Positions 47,855 through 56,880 of a stretch of 64,000 nt of DNA are shown piece by piece; within the stretch, counting starts at the first letter, position 1; each line of letters starts with the position of its first letter. The notes beneath the pieces were generated by a model that searched no databases, was not told where the DNA came from, and saw only the letters and a program-made list of their open reading frames with translations. The position numbers and the translations under genes are program-made. The DNA comes from an uncultured bacterium (GTDB lineage Bacteria > UBA8481), in the NCBI GenBank assembly GCA_964548165.1, contig CAZJQD010000009.1:7985-71984 (forward strand), read 5' to 3'.

Positions 47855-48588
47855 TGGGTCCGCAAGATCCGGGGCCGAACCGGTGGGATTTTGCGCCGCC
47901 CGAGAGCGCGGACGAGACCGGGCTCGTGGGACTCGGCGCCGATCTCGAGCCCGGCACGCTCGTGGCCGCCTACGGGGCCGGAATTTTCCCCTGGCCGCAC
48001 GAGGGTTGGCCGCTCCCGTGGTTCTCGCCGGATCCACGCGCCATCATTACGGCCGCGACCCTTCACGTTTCGCGCCGGCTGGCCCGCGTCATCCGGTCGT
48101 CATCGTGGACGACGACCGTGGACCAGGCGTTTTCCGCCGTGATGGCGTCCTGCGCCGCGTGTCGCGACGAGGGGACGTGGATCACGCCGGCCATGCGAGG
48201 CGCCTACGAGCGGCTCCATGGCCTGGGATGGGCTCACAGCGTGGAGGTCTGGAACGGAGAGGATCTCGTCGGGGGGATCTACGGTGTCCAGGTCGGCGGG
48301 GTCTTCACCGGCGAGTCGATGTTTCACCTGGCTCCGGACGCCTCCAAGGTGGCGCTGGCCGACCTGGTCCTGAGGATCGCGGAGGCCGGTGGATGGGCCC
48401 TGGACGCGCAGGTTCCCACGCCGCACCTGGAATCCCTGGGGGCACGGGCCGTGTCGCGCCGGGAATTCCTGCATCAGCTCGCCCTGGAGCGTCGTCGCGT
48501 CGTCGATTTGAATCCGGACTCCCGCCCGGCGCGGTGGATCACGGGCCGGATGCCCGCCGCGCGAGAGCTTCATCCCGAGGTTTCGTGA
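47854..48588 (+). CDS. aat: leucyl/phenylalanyl-tRNA--protein transferase
   Basis: The match includes 'GIFPWPHEGWPLPWFSPDPRAII' and 'SVEVWNGEDLVGGIYGVQVGGVFTGESMF'. The ATG shares one nucleotide with the upstream TGA. Confidence 0.8.
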   Translation: MGPQDPGPNRWDFAPPESADETGLVGLGADLEPGTLVAAYGAGIFPWPHEGWPLPWFSPDPRAIITAATLHVSRRLARVIRSSSWTTTVDQAFSAVMASCAACRDEGTWITPAMRGAYERLHGLGWAHSVEVWNGEDLVGGIYGVQVGGVFTGESMFHLAPDASKVALADLVLRIAEAGGWALDAQVPTPHLESLGARAVSRREFLHQLALERRRVVDLNPDSRPARWITGRMPAARELHPEVS

Positions 48589-48631
48589 GACGAGCTTGAG
48601 TGCGGGCCGGGAGCTTCGCTATCATTCCCCC

Positions 48632-48862
48632 ATGCCCATCTACGAATACCGGTGCGCGAAGTGCGAGCACACCTGGTCCGATCTCGTCAGCTCGTCCACG
48701 TCACCGCTGCCTGCGTGCCCGGACTGCAAGGGGAAGCGCGTCGAGAAGCTCTTCTCCGTCTTCGCCGCGTCCACGAACGAGGTCCCTGGCGCCGACGCGT
48801 GTGCCACGGGTCCTGGCCCGTCGTGCGGCCCCTCCAACTGCGGCTGTGGCCGGTTTAACTGA
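48632..48862 (+). CDS. FmdB-family zinc-ribbon protein
   Basis: The match is 'MPIYEYRCAKCEH...CPDCKG' plus a Cys/Gly-rich tail 'SCGPSNCGCG'. Confidence 0.7.
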   Translation: MPIYEYRCAKCEHTWSDLVSSSTSPLPACPDCKGKRVEKLFSVFAASTNEVPGADACATGPGPSCGPSNCGCGRFN

Positions 48863-48915
48863 CGAGCACCGAACGTTGACGCGAGAGGCCCGTGCCGGCC
48901 ACGGCCTGAAATCCT

Positions 48916-48943
48916 TGCCGCGATTGCTTTGAAACCGGTATAA
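48916..48943 (+). promoter_or_regulatory. sigma70-like promoter: TTGCCG-18-TATAAT
   Basis: I read 'ccTTGCCGcgattgctttgaaaccggTATAATccg' about 75 nt upstream of the radical-SAM ATG. The -10 hexamer is perfect. Confidence 0.5.
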
Positions 48944-49016
48944 TCCGAACCGCGCTGGTACTGTTTCGGTGCCCGCGTCACTTGCTGCCAGAAGCCTCGG
49001 GAGGCCCACCGCTCGG

Positions 49017-50561
49017 ATGTCGATCGTCACGCTCATCAATCCTCCCGGCATCAAGACCTTCTCCTCCATCCAGATGCAGACGCCGAATGCGCCCATCGGG
49101 ATCGCATATATCGCCGCCGTCCTGAAGCAGGAGGGCATCGCCTACAAGGTCATCGATGCCGTCGGTGAGGGTATGGACACGATCACGGCTTACCCCGCGC
49201 GGCCGGACATGCTGATGCAGGGGCTCACCTACGACCAGATCATCGACCGCATCCCGGAGAACTCCGACATCATCGGGTTCACCTGCATGTTCTCGACGCT
49301 CTGGCCCATCACGCGCGAGATCATCCAGAAGGCGCGCGAGAGGTTCCCGAACGCGCTTCTCGTCCTGGGCGGCGAGCACGGCACCGCGGTCGTGGAGGTT
49401 TCGCTTCGCACCGCGCCCCTGGACATGATCTGCCTCGGCGAGGGCATCGAGACGGTGGTCTCCATCGTCGAGGGATACCGCAAGGATCCGAAGTCGCGCG
49501 CGCACTGGCCTGAGATCAAGGGCATCGCCTATCTCGGCGCGGACGGCGCCGTGGTGAACACCGGTCTCTCGGCCCGCAAGCGCGACGTGGATGCCATCCC
49601 GACCCCGGACTGGGAATCGGTTCCGGTGAGGGAATACATCGATCGTCACCAGATCAACGGCGCCAACCTCGGCCGATCGATGCAGCTCCTGGCGACCTGG
49701 GGCTGTCCCTACCAGTGCACGTTCTGCTCGAATCCGGCCATGTGGACCCAGCGCTGGATCCCGCGCAGTCCCAAGCTCGTGGCGGACGAGATGGAGCTCT
49801 ACAAGAACAAGTACAACGTCACGAACTTCGATTTCCAGGACCTGACGGCGATGGTGCGCCGGAGCTGGGTGCTGGAGTTCGCGCAGGAGTTGATCGACCG
49901 CAAGCTGAACGTCACCTGGCAGTTGCCGAGCGGCACGCGCGCGGAGGTCTTCGACGAGGAGGTCGCCAAGGCGCTCTACAACTCCGGCCTGCGTCTCCTT
50001 TCGTTCGCCCCCGAGTCCGGTTCCGAGTACATGCTCAAGCTCATCAAGAAGCAGGTCAACATCCCGAAGATGCTCGGGGCGATGAAGATCGCCATCGACT
50101 CCGGCCTCAAGCTCTCCTGCTTCATCGTCATCGGTTTCCCGGGCGAGACGCGCGAGACCATCAAGGACACGATGCGCCTGGTGAGAAAGATGGCCGTCCT
50201 CGGCGTCCACGACGTCGCGGTCACCAAGTTCGTCCCGTATCCCGGCTCCCAGCTCTTCCGGGAACTCCAGGAGCAGGGCAAGCTCAAGCTCGACGACGAT
50301 TTCTTCATCATGCCCATGGACTTCTACACGTCGAAGGCGCCGAGCTTCGTGGAGGGCATGTCGAGCCGTTACATGTTCTGGACCATGTACTGGATGTTCC
50401 TGAACTTCTACGCGATCTCGTTCAGCCTTCGCCCGTGGCGGTTCTTCACCGCGCTCTTCAGCGTCACGCAGGGCCAGGAACCCACCCGCTTCGCCAAGTG
50501 GCTCAACGACATGTTCATCGTCCGCTTCAAGTGGAGGCGACAGGCCGCCAAGACGGCCTAG
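49017..50561 (+). CDS. B12-binding-domain radical SAM protein (class B) with a hydrophobic C-terminal extension
   Basis: A GGGAGG Shine-Dalgarno precedes the start. The N-terminal B12-binding Rossmann fold is followed by the 'CPYQCTFCS' CxxxCxxC cluster. The C-terminus is 'YMFWTMYWMFLNFYAISF'. Confidence 0.75.
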   Translation: MSIVTLINPPGIKTFSSIQMQTPNAPIGIAYIAAVLKQEGIAYKVIDAVGEGMDTITAYPARPDMLMQGLTYDQIIDRIPENSDIIGFTCMFSTLWPITREIIQKARERFPNALLVLGGEHGTAVVEVSLRTAPLDMICLGEGIETVVSIVEGYRKDPKSRAHWPEIKGIAYLGADGAVVNTGLSARKRDVDAIPTPDWESVPVREYIDRHQINGANLGRSMQLLATWGCPYQCTFCSNPAMWTQRWIPRSPKLVADEMELYKNKYNVTNFDFQDLTAMVRRSWVLEFAQELIDRKLNVTWQLPSGTRAEVFDEEVAKALYNSGLRLLSFAPESGSEYMLKLIKKQVNIPKMLGAMKIAIDSGLKLSCFIVIGFPGETRETIKDTMRLVRKMAVLGVHDVAVTKFVPYPGSQLFRELQEQGKLKLDDDFFIMPMDFYTSKAPSFVEGMSSRYMFWTMYWMFLNFYAISFSLRPWRFFTALFSVTQGQEPTRFAKWLNDMFIVRFKWRRQAAKTA

Positions 50562-50681
50562 GTGTCAGGCTTACACATTTACACAATGTGTTCCTGTTGG
50601 AATGGCCGGCCGTGACTCTCTGATATAGCGCAAGATCAAACCGGGTAACCAAGAGTGTAAAAGTGTAAGCCTGACCCCGAA
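50561..50681. repeat. ~118-bp inverted-repeat element (24-bp arms, 22/24 identical) exactly filling the gap between convergent stop codons; likely bidirectional terminator
   Basis: The left arm is 'GGTGTCAGGCTTACACATTTACAC'. The reverse complement of the right arm is 'GGGGTCAGGCTTACACTTTTACAC'. The interior is AT-rich. Confidence 0.65.
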
Positions 50682-51791
50682 TTACACCACGGCGACCTTC
50701 ACGCAGTTGATGGGTGGCAGGGCATCAAAGAGACACGTCCACTTCTCGCCGGCGTCCTGGCCCATCCAGAGTTGTCCTGTGGTGGTGCCGAAGTAGAGGG
50801 CGGGGGACTTGTGGGTATCGATGGTCATGCCGTCCCGGAGAACGGTGAAAAACGACTCCTTCTTCGGGAGCCCCTTCGAGAGCCTCTTCCAGGATTCCCC
50901 GCCATTGGAACTTCGCCAGACCGCGGGAGCGCCTCCCGGGCAGGTCCTGGTCATGCCTTCATGGGGAAGCACGTAGACGGTCTCGGGATCGTGCGGGTGA
51001 GCGACGACAGGGAAGCCGAAGTCGGAGGGGAGGCCCTTGGCGATCGAGCGCCAGGAGCGGCCGCCATCATCGCTGCGGCAGACGCCGATGTCCGGCCGCC
51101 TGCCGCCCGGCCCGTCCCACTCCGCCCAGCCGCCGTGGTTCTGCATGTAGAGCCGCCCGGTCGCCCCGGGTGCGGCCGCGATCTTGTGCACGCATTGGCC
51201 GAACTCGGGATACGGATCCGGCGAGAAGCCGGCGCCGACACCGCTGTTGGCCGCCTGGAAGCTCTTTCCGCCGTCCTCGCTGAGGTAGTGCCCGCCGGCG
51301 GAGATCGCGATGTTCATGCGTTTGCCGTCCAGGAGGATCGTGTGGAGGCAGAGCCCGCCGTTGCCCGGGTTCCACTTCTTCGCGTGAGGGTGGTTGCTGA
51401 TCCCGGGGACGAGCTTCCAGGAGTCGCCGCCGTCGGCGCTGTAGAAGAGCGAGGCAGGCTCCGTGCCGCACCAGAGGTCGTTCTTGCCGCTCCCGGCCTC
51501 GAGGGCCCAGATGTTGGCGAGCGCGCGACCGTCCTTCTTCGGAAACGCGGGGGCCGGCTTCTCCTGGAAGCTCCTGCCCAGGTCCGTCGAGCAGAGGAGT
51601 TTCATCCCGAACCACGCGTTGCAGCTCGAAGCGTAGATCCGGGGCTTTCCGCGCGTATCGATGAGCGCCGCGTAGACGGCAACGCCGCTGCCGAATGGTC
51701 CGCGGATCGAGAACGCGCCGCGCGTCGAGGATGACTCCGCCACGAAGAGTCCCTTTTTCGTGCCAATCGTGAGAATGGTCCGCCTTGCCAT
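50682..51791 (-). CDS. BNR/Asp-box repeat beta-propeller protein (Ycf48/sialidase-like fold)
   Basis: Asp-boxes 'SADGGDSW', 'SEDGGKSF', 'SDDGGRSW' and 'SNGGESW' are present. The ATG lies 3 nt after the upstream CysO-like stop. Confidence 0.7.
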   Translation of the reverse strand: MARRTILTIGTKKGLFVAESSSTRGAFSIRGPFGSGVAVYAALIDTRGKPRIYASSCNAWFGMKLLCSTDLGRSFQEKPAPAFPKKDGRALANIWALEAGSGKNDLWCGTEPASLFYSADGGDSWKLVPGISNHPHAKKWNPGNGGLCLHTILLDGKRMNIAISAGGHYLSEDGGKSFQAANSGVGAGFSPDPYPEFGQCVHKIAAAPGATGRLYMQNHGGWAEWDGPGGRRPDIGVCRSDDGGRSWRSIAKGLPSDFGFPVVAHPHDPETVYVLPHEGMTRTCPGGAPAVWRSSNGGESWKRLSKGLPKKESFFTVLRDGMTIDTHKSPALYFGTTTGQLWMGQDAGEKWTCLFDALPPINCVKVAVV

Positions 51792-51794
51792 GAT

Positions 51795-52121
51795 TTATCC
51801 TCCGGATACCGCGGGTAGAATGGTGACACTGTCGCCGGGCGCCAGCCGGGTCTCGAGGCCCGCTCCGTCCCGGATGTTGACGATGTTGACGAAGATGTTG
51901 ATGTGCCGGCGGACCGCGCCCGTCTCGTCGCAGATGTTTCGAAAGAGCGCCGGCTGACGACGCTCCATCTCCACGAGGAGGGCGCCGACGGACGATCCGT
52001 TCAACCGGACCTCCGCCGCTCCACCGCACTCCTTGCGCAGCGGCCCAGGCACGTGCACGAGGATGCCGGGCGCCGCGCCGCCCGCAGCCTCTCGCGTCTG
52101 CCTTGTCGCGTCATTTGGCAT
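51795..52121 (-). CDS. CysO-type ubiquitin-like sulfur-carrier protein (MoaD/ThiS superfamily)
   Basis: The match 'VHVPGPLRKECGGAAEVRLNGSSVGALLVEME...RRHINIFVNIVNIR...APGDSVTILPAVSGG' aligns closely with what I remember of the M. tuberculosis CysO C-terminal half. It ends with Gly-Gly. The start may be the internal GTG (about 52055) rather than ATG 52121. Confidence 0.7.
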   Translation of the reverse strand: MPNDATRQTREAAGGAAPGILVHVPGPLRKECGGAAEVRLNGSSVGALLVEMERRQPALFRNICDETGAVRRHINIFVNIVNIRDGAGLETRLAPGDSVTILPAVSGG

Positions 52122-52213
52122 GCTGGAGGTGCCATTTTATGAATCCGGCGCGCTCTGGCAATGGCCCATCGCAGCCTCGAGGGGAGCGGAGCTTCGGAAT
52201 TCCTACCAGGGAG

Positions 52214-53191
52214 TCAGAAGCGGATCTCGGTTCGTGCTCCCAGCGCCCAGTGGGAGGCCAGGATCGAGATGCCGCTCCCGGCCTGGGTCCGGCCGTTCTC
52301 CCACGTATCGACGCCCGCGGCGAGGGGGACGAAGGCCCCTCCTCCGCTGGCGCTCAGGACGACCCGGCTTGCCTCGCTCAAGTCAATCCCGAGACCGGCG
52401 CGGACGTCTGCCGAGATGGCGAATCCGTCCTGTGTGAAGGCCAGCCCCCTTAGGCTCCAGCGAGCCTCGCTATGGACCCACCCGGCTCCGCTCATCGCAT
52501 CGACCCGAAAGGTGACGCGGTCGCCGAGGGGGAGATCGAAGCCGGTGCCGAGGAGAAGATCGAGCCTTCGGGCGTTATAGGTCGACGTGTTCCGAGCCAG
52601 TGCCTGTTCGCTCATGCCGGATACGAGGCTGCGGCCGCCCTCGAGGCGAAGGTCCCAGGACGTATAGGAGAGTCCCCAGTACGTGCGCGCGTCGTCCTCC
52701 AGGCTCAACGTGACCGATCCGCTCAGGATTCCCCCGGCGGAGGCGTCGGAGACCGTGTGAGACCAGAGGTTGCCGGAGGTTCCGTAATCGAGATCACGGG
52801 CAACGCCCTCCTGGAAGTCGCCTTTTCCCCCCTGGAGTCTCAACACGCGACCCGCCGGCAGTTCAACGCCCAGGGTCGCTTCGGTGAAGGTCGAGGTGAG
52901 ATTGGCCCACGCCAGTTCGCTCCGCCCCGTGGGCTCGTATCCAGGTAAACCCGGCCCTTCCTGGTTCTTGTCCTCGTAGGGGTGAGTGAACGAGAAGGCG
53001 TCCACGCGTTGCCGCACGTCGACCGAGAACTCGGCTACGCGCAGTTCCGCAATGGCAGGAAGTGAGGACCACCCGGTGAGCGCCAGGAGGGCCGCCCAAC
53101 AGGGTATAAACAGCGTCTTACCCACGATCGCGCCTCCTTGCGCACCCCTCCGCCGCCTCCTCCCCGGCGACACGGACATCAGAGGGTCCAC
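52214..53191 (-). CDS. outer-membrane beta-barrel protein
   Basis: A signal peptide is present, the sequence shows alternating amphipathic beta-strands, and it ends in C-terminal Phe ('TEIRF'). Confidence 0.6.
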   Translation of the reverse strand: MDPLMSVSPGRRRRRGAQGGAIVGKTLFIPCWAALLALTGWSSLPAIAELRVAEFSVDVRQRVDAFSFTHPYEDKNQEGPGLPGYEPTGRSELAWANLTSTFTEATLGVELPAGRVLRLQGGKGDFQEGVARDLDYGTSGNLWSHTVSDASAGGILSGSVTLSLEDDARTYWGLSYTSWDLRLEGGRSLVSGMSEQALARNTSTYNARRLDLLLGTGFDLPLGDRVTFRVDAMSGAGWVHSEARWSLRGLAFTQDGFAISADVRAGLGIDLSEASRVVLSASGGGAFVPLAAGVDTWENGRTQAGSGISILASHWALGARTEIRF

Positions 53192-53348
53192 GTCGAATTA
53201 TTGACGTTGGGATCAGCTTAAGCAGGGTATTACCCCATAGCGCGCGCGAATTGTGCTCGGTTAACCTACCTGGTTAAGCATTTGCGTCGGTCTGACGCCC
53301 GGAGCTTCGAGTCCGTGGTTCCCGGCTGCGATCGACGCCGGTTCCTGG

Positions 53349-54728
53349 CTATGAGCCCGACTTGTCCGCGTACCAGTCGATGTTGCGCGTCACGTACATG
53401 ACGATCGCCAGGGCCGCCGTCAGGCCGATGGAACCGGTCAAGAGGGCGTAATCCTGGAGCTGGAGGGTGACGTAGAGGAAGACGTAGATCGTGAGGAGCA
53501 TCGAGAAGATCCAGAGCGCGCGCCGTCCGCTCTTGAGAACCGCGGCCGTGTACAGCGAGATGAGGGCCGTGGCCGCCGACGCCGCTATCGCGTAGGCGAG
53601 CCCGAACCGGATGAGTTCCGAGAGCGAGAGCAGCAACAGGTAGAAGAGGCAGAGGGCAGCGCCGACGAGGATGTACTGGAAGACGTGCACGCGCCTGCTG
53701 CCCGTCATCTCGAAGAGGAAGAAGGCCGTGAAGACCATCGTCAGGAAGAGGATCCCGTACTTGATGGCCCGCTCGACGTTCCGGTAGGAGTCGATGAGCG
53801 TCACGAGCTCGACGCCAAAGAGCGAGGCCGTGATCTTGCTCCGATCGAGCGTTCCTCCCTGGTCGGTCCAGAATTGCGGGAAGTCGCGACCCAGGTGCGA
53901 AACGGACCACGTCGCACTGAAGCCCTGATCGCTCACCGTCCGCTCGATGGGCAGGAACGCGCCCCGGAAGGCGGGATCCATCCAGACCGATTTCAGCTCG
54001 ACGCGGTTCTCGATCCCGACGGGCGCCACGAGGAGCGTCGAGTTGCCGTTGAAGGTGAGAGGGATGCGGAAGGCGATGGGGCCGGAAAATCCCGCGAACT
54101 TCCGGAGCGGGCTATGGACGCCGGCGCCAAGCTCGGCCATGTGGCTGTTCGGCGAGAAGGCGAGCTCGGAATCGCCCCAGGCGAGCTTGAGTGCGCCGCG
54201 CGTGCCGCGCAGGTCCGGCATGCCGAGGCTGACGAAGGCCTGGTCCCAGAGGAACTGATCTTCCCGGATGCGGATCGCCTCGTAGTCAGGAACGTCGAAC
54301 GTGCCCTCCAGCGCGAGCTCGGCCGAGTAGACGGTGGTCTGGTAGATGCCCCGGTAGCGCGCGTGGGGCTCCATCTCGCCCGTCGCCTGCCAGGATTTCG
54401 GCAGGAAGAAGGCGCGCGCGACCGCCGTGTCGCGGACCTCGAACCGTTCCACGATGGTGCCCACGGTGCGGTTCTCCCAGTGCGACGTGGTGTAGCGGAA
54501 CGGCACGACCAGGACGGGGCCGATGATCGATTGATCCCGCCCCCAGGTCCCCGTGATCTCATCGAGGGTCTCGTTGCGCCTCTGCAATCGCTCGTCCAGG
54601 ACGGACTCGATCATGTTGAGCGGGATGAGGAGCACCAGGACGAGCATGAAGATGCCGAAGAGCTTGGCCACGATCCGGGTGCCCGAGATCGATCGCTTGA
54701 TTCTCTCCGCCCACGCTTCGTCGTTCAC
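53349..54728 (-). CDS. creD: inner-membrane protein CreD
   Basis: It shows the CreD family architecture. An N-terminal TM and a large periplasmic region are followed by 5 C-terminal TMs ('ILFLTMVFTAFFLFE'). Confidence 0.7.
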   Translation of the reverse strand: MNDEAWAERIKRSISGTRIVAKLFGIFMLVLVLLIPLNMIESVLDERLQRRNETLDEITGTWGRDQSIIGPVLVVPFRYTTSHWENRTVGTIVERFEVRDTAVARAFFLPKSWQATGEMEPHARYRGIYQTTVYSAELALEGTFDVPDYEAIRIREDQFLWDQAFVSLGMPDLRGTRGALKLAWGDSELAFSPNSHMAELGAGVHSPLRKFAGFSGPIAFRIPLTFNGNSTLLVAPVGIENRVELKSVWMDPAFRGAFLPIERTVSDQGFSATWSVSHLGRDFPQFWTDQGGTLDRSKITASLFGVELVTLIDSYRNVERAIKYGILFLTMVFTAFFLFEMTGSRRVHVFQYILVGAALCLFYLLLLSLSELIRFGLAYAIAASAATALISLYTAAVLKSGRRALWIFSMLLTIYVFLYVTLQLQDYALLTGSIGLTAALAIVMYVTRNIDWYADKSGS

Positions 54729-56716
54729 GTTGCGCTCCCTTGCCTTCTCCGCCAGACCTGGATGTCCTTGTTCTCGTAGGTGTCGATGAGCTGGGGCCAG
54801 AGCTCATTCTGCCACGTGCCCGGGACGAAGACGCGGCGCCTGCGCTCGGCGATCAGTTCGTAGTTCCGTACCAGGCCCGGCGTCGGCTCGGACCACGCGT
54901 CGCCGATCGTGTCGATGATGAAGTCGGCGTCGATGGGCGACGGCTCGGGCAACACGTGCAGTCGGAAGCGCCACTCGCGGGCGAAAAAGTCGAAGTCGGG
55001 GAGGATGGCCGAGATCCAGACCTGCGGTGGATGGCTCATCGATTGCTCGAAGGTGTCGGTGGTGTCGCAGACCGCGAGCCGGGTGGTGATCGTGGCGTCG
55101 CGGGGGATCGTGGACTCGATCACGGCACCAAACTCGTCGTTGCGCGCCTTCAGGTCGTCGAAGCTCCGCAGGTATTGCGCGGTGTGCCCGAGGTTGTAGG
55201 CGAGCCCGAGCGCGAGAAGGAGGAGCAGGAAGGCCCGCGCCGCGGAGAACGTGTTGCCGGCGACGGCTCCCGGCACGGCGCTGCTGGCGCCTGCCCGCAC
55301 TGCGGGCGTTCCCAGGGTGGCGGCGAAGAGGCTGAAGTAGAGAATGATGAAGGCGGCCATGTAGTGCGTGGACTGCTGGAGGATGAAGGAGTTGTAGCCG
55401 ATGGCGAAGACGAGGAAGGGCACGCACCAGGCCGTGACGGCGGCCAGGAAGCGTGCGCGCGGCAGCGAGCCGCGAGTCGCCTTCACGAGGGCGGCGACGA
55501 TGCCGGCCACCCCGGCCAGGACGAGCGGCACATTGGCGGCATAGAGGAGAGTTCTCAGGACGCCCGGCCACCCGGCGCTCTGGGGCCGGATCGAGCGGTA
55601 GTTGAGCATGGTCTCCTTGTCGGCCATCCGGAGCTCGCTGCGGACGACGTCGAGCGTGAAGAGCCAATAGGGGTTGACGACGAGGAAGACGACACCGACG
55701 AGGATGCCGTAGGCGAGGCAGAGCACCAGGGCGTGATCGAGCCTCTGCTTCCAGCTCCTGCCGGCCGCCGCCGGGGTTTCGGGGAACAGGGCGTCGATGA
55801 TTTTCACGGCCATCATGAGGCCGGAGAAGACGATGAAGACGTAGTTCGATCCGACGGCGAGCCCGGCGAAGACGGCGGAGAGGACGAAGTCACGAATGCG
55901 GTGAGAATCGACATGGCGCACCGTCCAGTAGACGGAGCAGAACGACCAGAAGAGGGCCGTGGTGTACGGCTTGGCGAGGTGTCCGAAAAGGACGAGCCAG
56001 GGCGCCGAACCTCCCAGGATGACGGCGATGCAGGCGGCGCGCGGACCGAGGAGACGAGAGACCAGGAGACCGAGCACAAGGACGGCAAGCGTGGCCGCGA
56101 GGACGCCGACGAGTCGCGCGGAAACATACATGGTCCGCGCGATCCGGGGGTCGCGGAGGACAGCGTCGAGACCCAGCGCGCGGGGGCCGTGCAGGGTGAC
56201 GACGCCGAGGGCGATGGCGCCGGCAACGGGATACTGGTAGGCGCCCCCGTAGAAGAACCACCGCGGGTTGAAGTCGAGCTTCTGGGGCTTCATGCGCCCG
56301 ACCGCGGCCAGGGTGTTCGGTTCGTCGCCGAAGATCGACCCGAGGAACTGCTTCCGGACGAGCCGCGGAAAGAGCGCCGTGACGCGATAGGTTTCGCGGC
56401 CGTCGGCGGACACGAGCTCGGTATCCTCCCCGCGGTCGAGCTGCTGCTTCCGAAAATGGGCCACGTATTCGAGCGTCCGGGGCATGTCGTGGGTATAGGC
56501 CTGGCGATACGCGGCCTCCCGGTCGGCCTTCATGACGCCAAGGAGCCCCGGGAAACGGCTCACGTAGTCGCTGACGACGGCGGCGCGCGCATCCGATATC
56601 GTCCCGGCGTCGATGCGGTAAATCCCGCCTGCGAGAACGGCCAGGAACGCCAGGAGGGCGAGCAGGAACTCGGGGAGGTTGGAGCCATCGTAGAAGCGGG
56701 AGAGGAGCGTACGCAT
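54725..56716 (-). CDS. polytopic membrane protein, GT39/GT83-like (ArnT/PMT-type) glycosyltransferase fold
   Basis: The N-terminal half has about 12 TMs and the C-terminal region is soluble. An ATGA overlap joins it to creD. The family assignment is tentative. Confidence 0.45.
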   Translation of the reverse strand: MRTLLSRFYDGSNLPEFLLALLAFLAVLAGGIYRIDAGTISDARAAVVSDYVSRFPGLLGVMKADREAAYRQAYTHDMPRTLEYVAHFRKQQLDRGEDTELVSADGRETYRVTALFPRLVRKQFLGSIFGDEPNTLAAVGRMKPQKLDFNPRWFFYGGAYQYPVAGAIALGVVTLHGPRALGLDAVLRDPRIARTMYVSARLVGVLAATLAVLVLGLLVSRLLGPRAACIAVILGGSAPWLVLFGHLAKPYTTALFWSFCSVYWTVRHVDSHRIRDFVLSAVFAGLAVGSNYVFIVFSGLMMAVKIIDALFPETPAAAGRSWKQRLDHALVLCLAYGILVGVVFLVVNPYWLFTLDVVRSELRMADKETMLNYRSIRPQSAGWPGVLRTLLYAANVPLVLAGVAGIVAALVKATRGSLPRARFLAAVTAWCVPFLVFAIGYNSFILQQSTHYMAAFIILYFSLFAATLGTPAVRAGASSAVPGAVAGNTFSAARAFLLLLLALGLAYNLGHTAQYLRSFDDLKARNDEFGAVIESTIPRDATITTRLAVCDTTDTFEQSMSHPPQVWISAILPDFDFFAREWRFRLHVLPEPSPIDADFIIDTIGDAWSEPTPGLVRNYELIAERRRRVFVPGTWQNELWPQLIDTYENKDIQVWRRRQGSAT

Positions 56717-56880
56717 GGGGGGAGTTTAGCAGTGTTGGGGGAGGAGTGAAGGCTGTCGGCGACAGGGAATCGGTGCATGGTGGAGGCCATGGCGCGCAAG
56801 GGACGCTCCATCGCGACCGGGAATTGCGCTGGAGCGCCGCCGGGGAGTAGTCTTGATACGGGGCGGAGTGGAGGCGGTCG

